From Planctomycetales bacterium (lineage in GTDB: Bacteria; 4484-113): 64,000 nucleotides of DNA. The notes under the pieces are model-generated. The model was not told where the DNA came from, did no database searches, and saw only the letters and a program-made list of their open reading frames with translations. Positions 1 through 10,008 of the stretch are shown in pieces. The position numbers and the translations under genes are program-made. Positions within the stretch are counted from its first letter, which is position 1, and each line of letters opens with the position of its first letter. Where the stretch lies: NCBI GenBank assembly GCA_037441675.1, contig JBBIRS010000010.1, forward strand, positions 1 to 64,000, read 5' to 3'.

Positions 1-157
1 AAACGCAACCGCGATAAGAAACCGCTATCATATTCCAACAGTTCATTTCTTGGAAATTCTTTCAAGCTTACCCTCAAGGCAATCAAGTGTTGGCGAGCCA
101 TTCTTGTGAAACATTTCTCATAGCTGTTATAATGAACCTTAGTCAAAGGGTGTTGAA

Positions 158-1435
158 ATGAACTATCCATTTTGGGAGGTGCCATTATTCGGCGGTGGTC
201 TACTTATCACCATAATAGCTATTCTACACGTCTTTGTTTCTCATTTCGCAATAGGTGGAGGTTTGTTCCTCGTTCTATTAGAAGCGCGCGCTTATCGTGA
301 TAGCGACCAATCACTCCTCTCCTATGTCAAAGCACACTCCAAGTTTTTCCTTCTGCTCACCGTAGTCTTTGGTGCAGTTTCTGGTGTTGGCATTTGGTTT
401 ACCATTAGCTTAGTTCATCCCGATGCAACATCACTATTGATTCACGTATTCGTTTGGGGATGGGCAATTGAATGGACTTTTTTCCTTGTTGAAGTATCCT
501 CCATTCTCATTTACTATGCCTCCTGGGACAGAATTGAACCAAAGTTACACATTATTATTGGCTGGATTTATTTTGTCTCCGCATACCTATCTCTAGAGGT
601 TATCAATGGAATTTTATCTTTTATGCTTACGCCCGGTGGCTGGCTGGAAAATCGCTCATTCTGGGCAGGATTTTTCAATCCTAGTTACTTTCCAAGCTTA
701 ATCATCCGCACCGGTGTTGCCTTTTCGCTGGCTGGTCTTTACGCTACTTTTACCGCATCTACCCTCTTCTTTGAAGAGGTTAAAAGAAAGGTTGTGCGCT
801 ACTCGTGCAAATGGGTGATGATTGGCGCGCCTCTCATTATTATCGGTGGTATTTGGTATAACCTAGTCATTCCACGGAAAAGTCTTGAGCTAGTTTCGGG
901 CACCGCTCCAACCGTTAGTCTCTTTGCCATGGCGACGGTATTACTTTCCATCATAATATTTTCTTTCGCATACTTCATCGGTTGCAGACATCCCGAGAGC
1001 TTTACAAGACCACTCTCGCTTCTCTTTCTTCTACTCGGACTCCTTGTAACCGGCGTTACTGAGTGGACGCGGGAAGCAGTAAGAAAACCTTACATCATTT
1101 ACGACTATATGTACTCAAACTCAATCCTAAAAGGTGACATTGAAAATCTTATGAATTCACCAATACTTTCAAATGCCAAATGGGTTAGCGTCCGTGAGGC
1201 TCTTCCCTGGAATTACCATGAAGCTGGGGAGCAGGTATTTCGAGTTGAATGCAGAATCTGTCATACGAATACTGGCTACAATGGTATAAAACCTCTCATT
1301 TCAAGCTGGACCGAGGATGATATCTATGAAGCTCTCGGCAAACTTGAAAGGCTCAAGGGTTTTATGCCTCCCTTCGTTGGTAACGAAAGTGAAAGACGTG
1401 CGCTTGCTAGTTATCTGAGTTCATTGAATGAATAG
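158..1435 (+). CDS. Cytochrome bd oxidase subunit I (CydA)-superfamily membrane protein with C-terminal c-type cytochrome domain
   Basis: About 9 TM helices. CydA-like motifs LHVFVSHFAIG, WAIEWTFFLVE and EWTREAVRKPY. C-terminal CxxCH (CRICH) with a distal Met in FMPPF. Confidence 0.85.
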   Translation: MNYPFWEVPLFGGGLLITIIAILHVFVSHFAIGGGLFLVLLEARAYRDSDQSLLSYVKAHSKFFLLLTVVFGAVSGVGIWFTISLVHPDATSLLIHVFVWGWAIEWTFFLVEVSSILIYYASWDRIEPKLHIIIGWIYFVSAYLSLEVINGILSFMLTPGGWLENRSFWAGFFNPSYFPSLIIRTGVAFSLAGLYATFTASTLFFEEVKRKVVRYSCKWVMIGAPLIIIGGIWYNLVIPRKSLELVSGTAPTVSLFAMATVLLSIIIFSFAYFIGCRHPESFTRPLSLLFLLLGLLVTGVTEWTREAVRKPYIIYDYMYSNSILKGDIENLMNSPILSNAKWVSVREALPWNYHEAGEQVFRVECRICHTNTGYNGIKPLISSWTEDDIYEALGKLERLKGFMPPFVGNESERRALASYLSSLNE

Positions 1436-1491
1436 TATATTAACGAAAAGGTTAGCTGAAAATATACTAAGCCTATTTCGGGAGTGTGAAA

Positions 1492-2604
1492 ATGTTTAAT
1501 CAGCCTCTTCCAAATCCTGATCCAATACCACTTCCAGCTCCAGTATGGCTCTTACACTCTCTCTTGGTTATTACCTTCATACTTCATATTATTCCAATGA
1601 ACTTTGCCCTTGGCGGAGGCTTTATAACCGCTATCTCTTACGCTCTAGGTAGAAGGGAGAGGAATTTGAACCATCATATCCTAGCAAGAGGACTTGGACA
1701 AATTTTGCCTTACACAATTGCGGGAGCAATTACTTTAGGCATAGCTCCTTTACTCTTCTTGCAAACGATTTATGGCCAGTTTTTCTACACCTCATCAATT
1801 ATTATCGCTTGGTCTTGGCTATTAATTATTCCGCTTCTAATTATTAGCTATTATGGTTTCTACTTTTTCAATTTCCGAATCACAGATTGGAAGACAGTTT
1901 CTCCTTTAGTTTTATGGATTTGCTCATTTTTGCTTGCAATCATTGCTTTTTTATACACGAATAACATGGTATTAATGCTTACACCTGAAAAGTGGAACGA
2001 GATGTACTTTCTCAATCCTTACGGTTTATCGCTTAATCTCTCCGACACGACAATCTATCCTAGGTTTCTTCACTTCTTCATAGCTTCCTTAGCAATTGGA
2101 GGAATGCTAGTAACTTACTACGGGCTTTATAAGAAGAAAAAGGATGAAAAAGTTGGTAGGTGGGCTATTCGCTATGGCGCCAAGTGGTTCACTTTTTCAA
2201 CTATTGTTCAATTCATTGTAGGTTTTTGGTTCTTATTTAGTCTTCCAGCTCATATTCGCCAAAAATTTCTAAGACAAGACGCTGTCTTAACACTCATTTT
2301 AATTGTTGCTATTTCCCTTGCATTACTTGCTATTGCAATCCTTCATCTGTCCACTTATAGAAGGACACAATCGAAGGGAGTTGCTATCAGTTCTTTACTG
2401 ATTCTTCTTACCATTACGCTTATGGTAGTAATTCGGGACAGCATCCGTTCTTCTTACCTCAAGCCGTACTTTGATATTTATGCATACCCAGTAAGACCCC
2501 AATGTGATGTTTTTATCATTTTTATCTTATTTTTTATAACCGCAATTGTTACTTTATCTTGGATGGTAATAAGGGTAGTATTCGCCAAGAGAATCGTTTC
2601 CTAG
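1492..2604 (+). CDS. Second CydA-like multi-pass membrane subunit, probable partner of the upstream oxidase
   Basis: About 9 TM helices, with LHIIPMNFALGGG and YPRFLHFF motifs resembling CydA helices. Co-oriented with the upstream gene. GGGAG RBS favours ATG 1492 over GTG 1486. Confidence 0.65.
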   Translation: MFNQPLPNPDPIPLPAPVWLLHSLLVITFILHIIPMNFALGGGFITAISYALGRRERNLNHHILARGLGQILPYTIAGAITLGIAPLLFLQTIYGQFFYTSSIIIAWSWLLIIPLLIISYYGFYFFNFRITDWKTVSPLVLWICSFLLAIIAFLYTNNMVLMLTPEKWNEMYFLNPYGLSLNLSDTTIYPRFLHFFIASLAIGGMLVTYYGLYKKKKDEKVGRWAIRYGAKWFTFSTIVQFIVGFWFLFSLPAHIRQKFLRQDAVLTLILIVAISLALLAIAILHLSTYRRTQSKGVAISSLLILLTITLMVVIRDSIRSSYLKPYFDIYAYPVRPQCDVFIIFILFFITAIVTLSWMVIRVVFAKRIVS

Positions 2605-2770
2605 CTTGCTTCTAAAGTGCACAAATATTTCTTGCTTTTACCGTTTGAATTAAAGATGTGATAGCTAAATGTCTACCAGTTATCATTCCTAGGCTTAATA
2701 CAAATCATAAATAGAGTTTGGCGCCGTTAGTTATAATTTCGCTTCTTTCCGCTATAATCAGAAGCTATAA

Positions 2771-3688
2771 TTGGGGATGCGCACAAGGATAATTTCCGGA
2801 ACTATTGGAGCTATTATAGTTCTTTTTCTTTTAACTCTACCTCAACCAGCACCAGGGATACTCATTTTTCTTGCCTGGATAATTTGCTCATACGAGTTTA
2901 TGCTAATGGTGCGCGCACCAATTCCATGCTTAATTGGTTTAATCCTATCTTTGCTGCTCTTTTCAACGATTAACTTCTTACGGAAAACAAGGTGGTCAGA
3001 AGTATTTTCCTATCCAATTGATACATTACCTCCTTTAGCCTTGACTAGTCTACTAATCCTTATACAGGTTATTGTTTCGATAATTGCCCTTACCAGTTTC
3101 AAAGTGAGATTAAAGAGGCTTCCTGCAATAACTGTGATATTAATACAGATATTTTTAATAACTTGGCCATTTGCCTCAATCACTTTTCTTGCTCAAACTG
3201 ATGAAAACAGATTAATTCTAGTATTTGTACTTCTTCTTACATGGGTTGGTGATGTATCCGCTCTATTTGCTGGAAGAACATTTGGAAATTTACATATAAC
3301 TCCAAGACTTAGCCCAGGTAAAACATTGGAAGGGCTTATCGGTTCTGTTGTGGGTTCTTGCGTATACTTATTCACATTGGGGACCACTTATATTCTTAAC
3401 CCGCCTCTTGAGCGTCACGTAATGCATAATCCATTGGCAAGAATTTTCCCAAATGATTGGTTACCACTAGTTCTTTATTCGCTATTCTTTGGGGTATTAT
3501 TCGCTTTAGCAGGATTTTTCGGAGATATTACCGTTTCAGCGGTAAAGCGTATTTACTCAAGGAAAGACACCGGCACTTTTCTTCCAGGACATGGCGGATT
3601 CTATGACAGGATAGATTCCCTCTTGTTTATCGCACCTTTATTTTTTCTCCTGTATTCTTTATCTGAGGCTTATGCTTTATTCATCTAG
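2771..3688 (+). CDS. cdsA: Phosphatidate cytidylyltransferase
   Basis: SPGKTLEG and KDTGTFLPGHGGFYDRIDS signature motifs. Upstream of rseP, the usual arrangement. True start may be ATG 2777. Confidence 0.93.
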   Translation: MGMRTRIISGTIGAIIVLFLLTLPQPAPGILIFLAWIICSYEFMLMVRAPIPCLIGLILSLLLFSTINFLRKTRWSEVFSYPIDTLPPLALTSLLILIQVIVSIIALTSFKVRLKRLPAITVILIQIFLITWPFASITFLAQTDENRLILVFVLLLTWVGDVSALFAGRTFGNLHITPRLSPGKTLEGLIGSVVGSCVYLFTLGTTYILNPPLERHVMHNPLARIFPNDWLPLVLYSLFFGVLFALAGFFGDITVSAVKRIYSRKDTGTFLPGHGGFYDRIDSLLFIAPLFFLLYSLSEAYALFI

Positions 3689-3848
3689 TTAATGAATTTG
3701 AATTTATCGCTTGCGTTCAATGTACTTTATCGGTGAAAGAGTTTAGAGCAAAACCGTTCATATTCACATATAACCTAAAACATAAAGGTATAATTAAATT
3801 CACAAAGGTAAAGATTCAAAATTGACGGTTATGGTATAAGAATTTATC

Positions 3849-5171
3849 TTGGAGAATTTATATTCAATAATTGCTCTAGTAATTGTCTTTGCGCTGGTAA
3901 TAGTTGTGCACGAGTTTGGGCATATGATAGCCGCCCTTGCCAGCAATGTGGACGTAACAGATTTTGCACTTGGGCTAGGACCTTCGCTATTCACTAGGAA
4001 AATTCGGGGGGTGAACTATCACATCTGCGCGCTTCCTCTTGGTGGCTTTGTCAAGATTAGTGGCATGGAGCAGGGCGACCCTGAAACGGAAAGATCCTAT
4101 CGCAAAAAGCGGCCACCCAGCAAGATTTTTATCCTCTCCGCCGGTGCGATCATGAACTTTCTCCTTGGCGTGATTCTTATATTCGTCCTCGCATTCATAG
4201 GTTTTCCGAAAGAAGTTGTAATTGTAAGAGAAGTAGTCCCAGGTGGACCAGCCTATGAAGTCGGATTTAAGGCTGGTGATATTGTTCTAAGTATTAATGG
4301 AGAGCGGGTCAAGGATCAGAGTGGCTTGCGCTCTATCATATCTAATTCTGGAACAAAGCCTATAAACTTTCTAGTTGAAAGACATGGCGAAAAGATTGAA
4401 CTTAGCGTTTCACCAAGAACCTTTAATTACATTAACGCTGAAGGTAATCTCGTTCCCTACAACGATGGCAAGCCGAGTATTGGCTTAATTCATTCAGCGG
4501 AGGTGTTGGTAACAACAAAAGTCGCTGTGGTAGTCCCTAATTCTGAAGCAGCTAAAGCTGGCATCAAGCCTGGTGACAAAATTGTGAAAGTAAATGATGA
4601 AGATGTTGCCTTAGGAAGTGACCTTTACTATTTTACCGCTGGAGAAAGTGGCTTAGAGAAAGCTATTACACTCAAAATCCAACGAGGTAAAGATAGCTTT
4701 ACCACAACCTTGCCAACCGGCACTACTATAAATTCTCTAGGTATTCTTTTTGAAAGTGAAACAGAACGGCTTCCGTTCTTAGAGACGGTAAAACGAGCTC
4801 TCTACAATGTTTATAACACCACCAGGCTATTCATTTATAATCTTAAACTTTTGGGAACTAAGGAGGGCATAAAGCTCCTATCTGGGCCAGTTGCGATAGG
4901 CACTATTATTGCCCAATCAGCAAAGAGCAGTCTATACACGCTTATTCAGATTGCAATGATAATTACCATCAATCTTGGAATTATCAATCTTCTACCGATT
5001 CCTCCATTGGATGGCGGAAGAATATTCTTCGTGCTCCTTGAGTTAGTTGGATTGAACGTTCAGGAAAGGAAAAGATACATTGCTGATGTTGTTGGAATGG
5101 TTCTTTTAATCTCTCTTATCTTAGTGCTTACCCTCAGAGACGTTGTTGGCTTAATTAAAATGTCGTTCTAA
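3849..5171 (+). CDS. rseP: RIP/site-2 membrane metalloprotease with two PDZ domains
   Basis: HEFGH zinc motif, NLLPIPPLDGG, two PDZ repeats (GFKAGD, GIKPGD). Confidence 0.93.
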   Translation: MENLYSIIALVIVFALVIVVHEFGHMIAALASNVDVTDFALGLGPSLFTRKIRGVNYHICALPLGGFVKISGMEQGDPETERSYRKKRPPSKIFILSAGAIMNFLLGVILIFVLAFIGFPKEVVIVREVVPGGPAYEVGFKAGDIVLSINGERVKDQSGLRSIISNSGTKPINFLVERHGEKIELSVSPRTFNYINAEGNLVPYNDGKPSIGLIHSAEVLVTTKVAVVVPNSEAAKAGIKPGDKIVKVNDEDVALGSDLYYFTAGESGLEKAITLKIQRGKDSFTTTLPTGTTINSLGILFESETERLPFLETVKRALYNVYNTTRLFIYNLKLLGTKEGIKLLSGPVAIGTIIAQSAKSSLYTLIQIAMIITINLGIINLLPIPPLDGGRIFFVLLELVGLNVQERKRYIADVVGMVLLISLILVLTLRDVVGLIKMSF

Positions 5172-5422
5172 TTATGGCGCTATTCTTTGAAATATCGATC
5201 TTTTCAAAGGGCTTTGCCAAAAGCCCTGCTCTCCCAAAGGCTATAAAAATTTTCCTGTTAAACCTTAATTTATCTTTACAGATGGAAAAATATTTGATAT
5301 TAAGGATTCTGGGTTTTCTAAGATAATCTTAAGGCAAGGATAAATTCAAAGAGCCAGAGGATTTCAGTTAATTGAAGAAAACACTTTACAATTAATTCTT
5401 AGTTTGTTTTAATTTTCTCTCT

Positions 5423-6244
5423 ATGCTTTACTGTCCTAAGTGCAAAGCTGAATACAGAGATGGATTTAGGGTGTGCGTGGACTGTAAGGTCTCGCTAGTT
5501 ACTCACAGTAATAATGGAGACGATACAGATTCGCTCTCCGCAGAAGACAAGATAAGGCGTGATAAGGAGAGGGAAGCTGAGAAGTTATTGCAAAAGGGTG
5601 ACCAGCTATACGAAGAGGAAAGATACCACGAAGCCCTAAAATATTTGAACCAGTCAAGTCAGATTAACCCTGATGATCCTGAAGTCTGGAATCTTTTAGG
5701 TTTAACTTATCAAGCTTTAGGGTGTACTAGGGAAGCTTGGAGAAGTTTCAAGTTCGCACTAAACACAGACCCTACTAATCTGAACTCTCTTTGGTACGCT
5801 TCGGAATTCCTCTTTGATAATGAAGATTATCAGCTTGCTTTCAACTTAATTGAAAGGTATCTAGAATTAGAGACAGACCCAATTGAGAGAAAAGAGGCCG
5901 AAAGCCTTAGGGAAGATATTCTGTATCATCTGAGTTCTTCTTACTCGTTATCAGCAGGTCACTCTAACTTAGAAGAAGAAATCGATGAAGAGGATGAACA
6001 AGAGGTTCCTGAAGACGAGTTCACTGTCATTGATACAATTGATGACGAATTGGAGCAACATGAAGATAGTTGGAGCGACGAAGTGGAGGAAGATACAGAA
6101 ATTGATGAGTTCTTAGCAGACTTGACGCTTCAATTAACGGATAGAAACAGTAAATGTCTCAATTGTGGCGCAATGCTACCAACCGATGCCCCCTACTGTT
6201 ATGTATGCAAAGAACCTCACCTTTACGAACCTTTAGATGATTAG
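5423..6244 (+). CDS. TPR-repeat protein with N- and C-terminal zinc ribbons and an acidic linker
   Basis: CPKC..CVDC at the N-terminus, about 3 TPR units (EVWNLLGLTY), a D/E-rich tract, and CLNC..CYVC at the C-terminus. Confidence 0.8.
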   Translation: MLYCPKCKAEYRDGFRVCVDCKVSLVTHSNNGDDTDSLSAEDKIRRDKEREAEKLLQKGDQLYEEERYHEALKYLNQSSQINPDDPEVWNLLGLTYQALGCTREAWRSFKFALNTDPTNLNSLWYASEFLFDNEDYQLAFNLIERYLELETDPIERKEAESLREDILYHLSSSYSLSAGHSNLEEEIDEEDEQEVPEDEFTVIDTIDDELEQHEDSWSDEVEEDTEIDEFLADLTLQLTDRNSKCLNCGAMLPTDAPYCYVCKEPHLYEPLDD

Positions 6245-6311
6245 ATGTAGTTTAAGGCTAATTTTTAGGCGTCTACCGGAATAAGTTTTTGAACTTTACA
6301 AATCCTCAAAG

Positions 6312-7541
6312 TTAGATTATCCCAGTTTGAGGAGCCTCCTCTGGAAGATTTTCCAATGTCACAACTCTCTTCACCACTTTTTCATCACCGCCTGCGAAAT
6401 AAATAAGCTCCAGCTGTAATTTGTCACCAGCCTTCGCTTCTCGAACGATGTTCAATATATCACTTGTGGTCTCAATGTTACTGCCATTAGCTTTTCTAAT
6501 CACATAAAATTTTAGAACTTCTCGTTCCTTTAACGGAGGAAGTATTCCAGCTTTAGCCGCGGGAGAATCCTTGTACACCGCTGTGATTAGAAGACCAGAG
6601 GTAAATGATAGACCCAGCATTCTCGCATAGACCCGGTTGAGTTCATCCGCTTCTATTCCGAGCCAAGGTCTTAGCACCCTACCATGTTCAATCAAGTCTT
6701 TAAGTGTTTCTTTAACTGTATCTATTGGTATAGCCAGCCCGATTCCTTCGCTACCTCTACTGGAAGTCACAATCGCTGTATTTATTCCTATGACTTCCCC
6801 CTTAGCATTTATCAAAGGTCCACCCGAATTTCCAGGATTGATTGCTGCATCTGTTTGTATGACGTTTCTAATAGTTTGCCCGTTTGGCGCTACTATTCTT
6901 CTGCCAAGCGCTGACACCACCCCAAATGTTACCGTTCTGTCCAGTCCGTAAGGATTTCCAATAGCGATTACCCAGTCTCCAACCTCTAGTTCTTTTGACT
7001 CTCCAAGAGGCGCAACCGGCAGTGGCTTTCCCTGAGGCGGGTTAATCTTGAGCAAAGCGGTGTCCGTTGCTAAGTCAGTTCCTACTATTCTTGCAGGTAC
7101 CTCCTGTCCTTCTGCAAGAACAACGCTAACCTTGTTCGCGTTAGCTATTACATGGGCGTTCGTCAAAATATAACCTCTCGCATCTACGATAAACCCACTA
7201 CCAGTCCCCTCCTTGACGGTAATCTGCCTACCAGTCCAAAATTCAATTCCAAGGGTCTTGGTGGTTATAAAAACGACACTTGGAGCTAGCTTGCGGTAAA
7301 TATCTCGTATAAAGCTTTCTAACCCCAGGTTTCCACTAGCAGTGCTACTACCTGTGACAAGACCATTTACAGCGTTATTGCTACGGACCCCTTTGTTATC
7401 ACCATTACTTGTGGAGACATTTATACCAGTAAATCCGCGACCTCCACTTTGTCCCGCGTAGACTAATAGTCCAGCCCCCGTTCCAAGAAAAAACCCTATA
7501 GCCAATAGTATTAAACCGATAATAAATCCTCTTAAGTTCAT
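6312..7541 (-). CDS. htrA: HtrA/DegP-family serine protease with PDZ domain
   Basis: N-terminal TM, TNAHV (His), QTDAAINPGNSGGPL (Ser), C-terminal PDZ. AAGGAG RBS. Confidence 0.92.
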   Translation of the reverse strand: MNLRGFIIGLILLAIGFFLGTGAGLLVYAGQSGGRGFTGINVSTSNGDNKGVRSNNAVNGLVTGSSTASGNLGLESFIRDIYRKLAPSVVFITTKTLGIEFWTGRQITVKEGTGSGFIVDARGYILTNAHVIANANKVSVVLAEGQEVPARIVGTDLATDTALLKINPPQGKPLPVAPLGESKELEVGDWVIAIGNPYGLDRTVTFGVVSALGRRIVAPNGQTIRNVIQTDAAINPGNSGGPLINAKGEVIGINTAIVTSSRGSEGIGLAIPIDTVKETLKDLIEHGRVLRPWLGIEADELNRVYARMLGLSFTSGLLITAVYKDSPAAKAGILPPLKEREVLKFYVIRKANGSNIETTSDILNIVREAKAGDKLQLELIYFAGGDEKVVKRVVTLENLPEEAPQTGII

Positions 7542-7766
7542 GTTGCTCCTTCTCTACTTTATTTTACGATAATTTGACGAAGAATAGGCGTATTTGTTTT
7601 ATTAATGCCCATTATTTAGTGAGTAGAGCATCTAAGAATTTAACTTAAAACTCAGGTGAGAAAACCAATGCGAGGATATTCCTTCAATGTATCGTTTCAG
7701 AATTAACCAATTACTATATAGCCGTACTAAAAGCTTACACCACCGCTTCTCGCCAGAAGATTTCTA

Positions 7767-9986
7767 TCAGGAACTCCATATCCAGGGATCCTGAGATGGT
7801 GGAAACGTACCACGTTCAATCGGGCGACCGTCTTGGAAAATAACATAGCTGTCCCAGCCATAGTAAAAGATGTAACGTGACCGAGTAAAAGCAGAGGGAG
7901 AATTGCCGTGGTAAAAAGCAACGAACTTCCCTGGAGATCGCAGATTTTCCAAGCTTACAAGAACACTTTCGTTGGGGGCATCATAAATTGCCCTTCCTAG
8001 ACTGAAACTATCCTTGCCAGCGTTAAACTCGCTTAAAGAGAATAATTCTCTTATCACGTTCCATGCGGAGTTTACATTTTCTCCACCAAGAATAAGCATA
8101 GACTGCTTCAAAACCTCCTCATTTTTTTTTGCTTCCTCAATAAATACAACATCAGAAACAATTCTAAGCTTTCTTCCTGAATCTTTTATTACAGATACTA
8201 GTTTAGCTAGTTCAGTTGAAACGTTATCAACTCCGGATGGATAAACCACGAATGCAGACTCATCATTAAGAAGAGCGTTTAAGCAGGGCGGAACTGCCTC
8301 TTTCGGCACTCTTCTAAACACGTGCCAAAGAGGGTCTATCTCTAATCTTGCGATCCCCATCTTCTCGCCAAGCTCCTTCTTCTTCTCGCTCTCTATACTA
8401 AACGAGCCTAATCCTTCCGAGAGTAGAAGTTCAGTTTCTGAGACAAGTTCTCCAGATTTGTTATAACCATAGATGTTGATGGGGACAGCGAAAGGTTCGT
8501 TGAGCTCAACAGTTGCCTTAAAAATTCCCGGCTCGTCAATCACATTGTCAATGACTAATTTAGGTGCATCCGCTTTTATCAGCCAATCATCAAACATCTT
8601 ATCTAGAAACGTTGGAATGTGACTTTTCTCTGGATTCAACTCCCTGCTTTTATTCTTAAAGGCTTCTTTGAAGTCGTTCCAGTCTGCAAATTCTCCCCCC
8701 TTTGTTTCTATAATGTTTCTTAAACTGCTGAAAAAAATCTCATCGCCTAGAGCCCTTCTTATCATATGGAAGAACATAGCGCCTTTCTCATACCCAATCG
8801 CTCCATCAATCTCATTCTCCTTGCCCCTAAAATCTTTTAGCGGATAAGCCTTTTCTAGGGGGACAGTTATTGAGTATTTGATACTGGCGTGCTTGCGCCA
8901 TTCTAAAGCCTTTTCCATTTGCTCGCTTGCTTCAAGCCAGTAGTAGTTAGTAAGATACGTTGTTAGCGCCTCGCACCAATTGCCGTTATCTGCGTCAAAA
9001 AATACGTAGTTTCCCCACCAATTGTGCATCAGTTCATGCCCTATGGCAAATTCGCCAGTGTAATGCATCTTAATAACTGCACTACCAAGAAGCGTGTAGC
9101 CAGGCATTCCATATCCAGTCTGGAAGAAGTTCTCCACAATATCAAATCGGTTGTATGGAAATTTGCCTAATAGATTCTGATAAAAATCTAGATATTTCTC
9201 CGTCGCATCTAAGTATTCATTCGCTAATTGCGCATCCTCATCAAAAAAATAAGTGCTGATAGTAACATCCCCAACTTGCTTCTTGTTAATGACAAATCTG
9301 TTGCCTATAAGCGTGAAACCATCTTGAGGAACTTCAGATTTCCAGTGGCTAATTTCAATTTGACCACCCGCTTCTTTGTAAGCTCGTTTCACCAAGTCGC
9401 CTTGAGCAACTATAACAAATGGTTTCTCAACCATCACCTCCATCTCATAAGTAGCTAAACCACCATCCTCCACCAGATACCATCCGCTTCCCGCATCCAG
9501 ATAAATACCATCTTCACTGATAATCCCTGTTGTTTCGTCACCTCGTACAAATGCCAGCGTTTTTGCCTCTTCAACTGGGTCATATATTTCACCTTCGTAC
9601 GAGAGGGAAAACCTACTGCAATCCTTAGGAAGTAAAAGTTCATACATTTTGAGATGTGGAAAGTCGTTCTGGTCATTATTGATTAGTGAAACCTTTTTTA
9701 TAAAATCCTTTGAGAGCTCATTTCCCTTTTCGTCAAAAAGTCCGGTGATCAACATACTTTCACGCAGACGAAATTGAATTTTCTTCGGAGCTAATTTGGT
9801 GAGGATAATATCATCAACCCCTTGGATAAAATGCGCATTAGGAATAAGGTGCACTTGTAAATTATGGTGGGCAAAAGCACGCTCTGCCCTAACCTTCTTC
9901 CCAAATTCCTCCTGGGCGAGTGCTCTACTTGTGAAAAGAAATGAAATAACAATTATCAAAGTTACTCTAAGTAGATGATTATTCAT
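7767..9986 (-). CDS. Exported M1-family zinc aminopeptidase
   Basis: HELMH zinc motif with downstream Glu (NWCE), GYEKGAM, and GYGMP at the GAMEN position. ATG 9986 gives a signal peptide and removes the overlap with the upstream gene. Confidence 0.85.
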   Translation of the reverse strand: MNNHLLRVTLIIVISFLFTSRALAQEEFGKKVRAERAFAHHNLQVHLIPNAHFIQGVDDIILTKLAPKKIQFRLRESMLITGLFDEKGNELSKDFIKKVSLINNDQNDFPHLKMYELLLPKDCSRFSLSYEGEIYDPVEEAKTLAFVRGDETTGIISEDGIYLDAGSGWYLVEDGGLATYEMEVMVEKPFVIVAQGDLVKRAYKEAGGQIEISHWKSEVPQDGFTLIGNRFVINKKQVGDVTISTYFFDEDAQLANEYLDATEKYLDFYQNLLGKFPYNRFDIVENFFQTGYGMPGYTLLGSAVIKMHYTGEFAIGHELMHNWWGNYVFFDADNGNWCEALTTYLTNYYWLEASEQMEKALEWRKHASIKYSITVPLEKAYPLKDFRGKENEIDGAIGYEKGAMFFHMIRRALGDEIFFSSLRNIIETKGGEFADWNDFKEAFKNKSRELNPEKSHIPTFLDKMFDDWLIKADAPKLVIDNVIDEPGIFKATVELNEPFAVPINIYGYNKSGELVSETELLLSEGLGSFSIESEKKKELGEKMGIARLEIDPLWHVFRRVPKEAVPPCLNALLNDESAFVVYPSGVDNVSTELAKLVSVIKDSGRKLRIVSDVVFIEEAKKNEEVLKQSMLILGGENVNSAWNVIRELFSLSEFNAGKDSFSLGRAIYDAPNESVLVSLENLRSPGKFVAFYHGNSPSAFTRSRYIFYYGWDSYVIFQDGRPIERGTFPPSQDPWIWSS

Positions 9987-10008
9987 CAAAGTCTCCAAGG
10001 TGACACAT

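Noticed and set aside
1..101. Minus-strand frame open from ATG 101 to the window edge
   Set aside because: Only 33 codons are visible and no product can be assigned.
5208..5227. 8-bp hairpin AGGGCTTT-GCCA-AAAGCCCT after rseP
   Set aside because: No U-tract on the + strand, so a terminator call is not supported.
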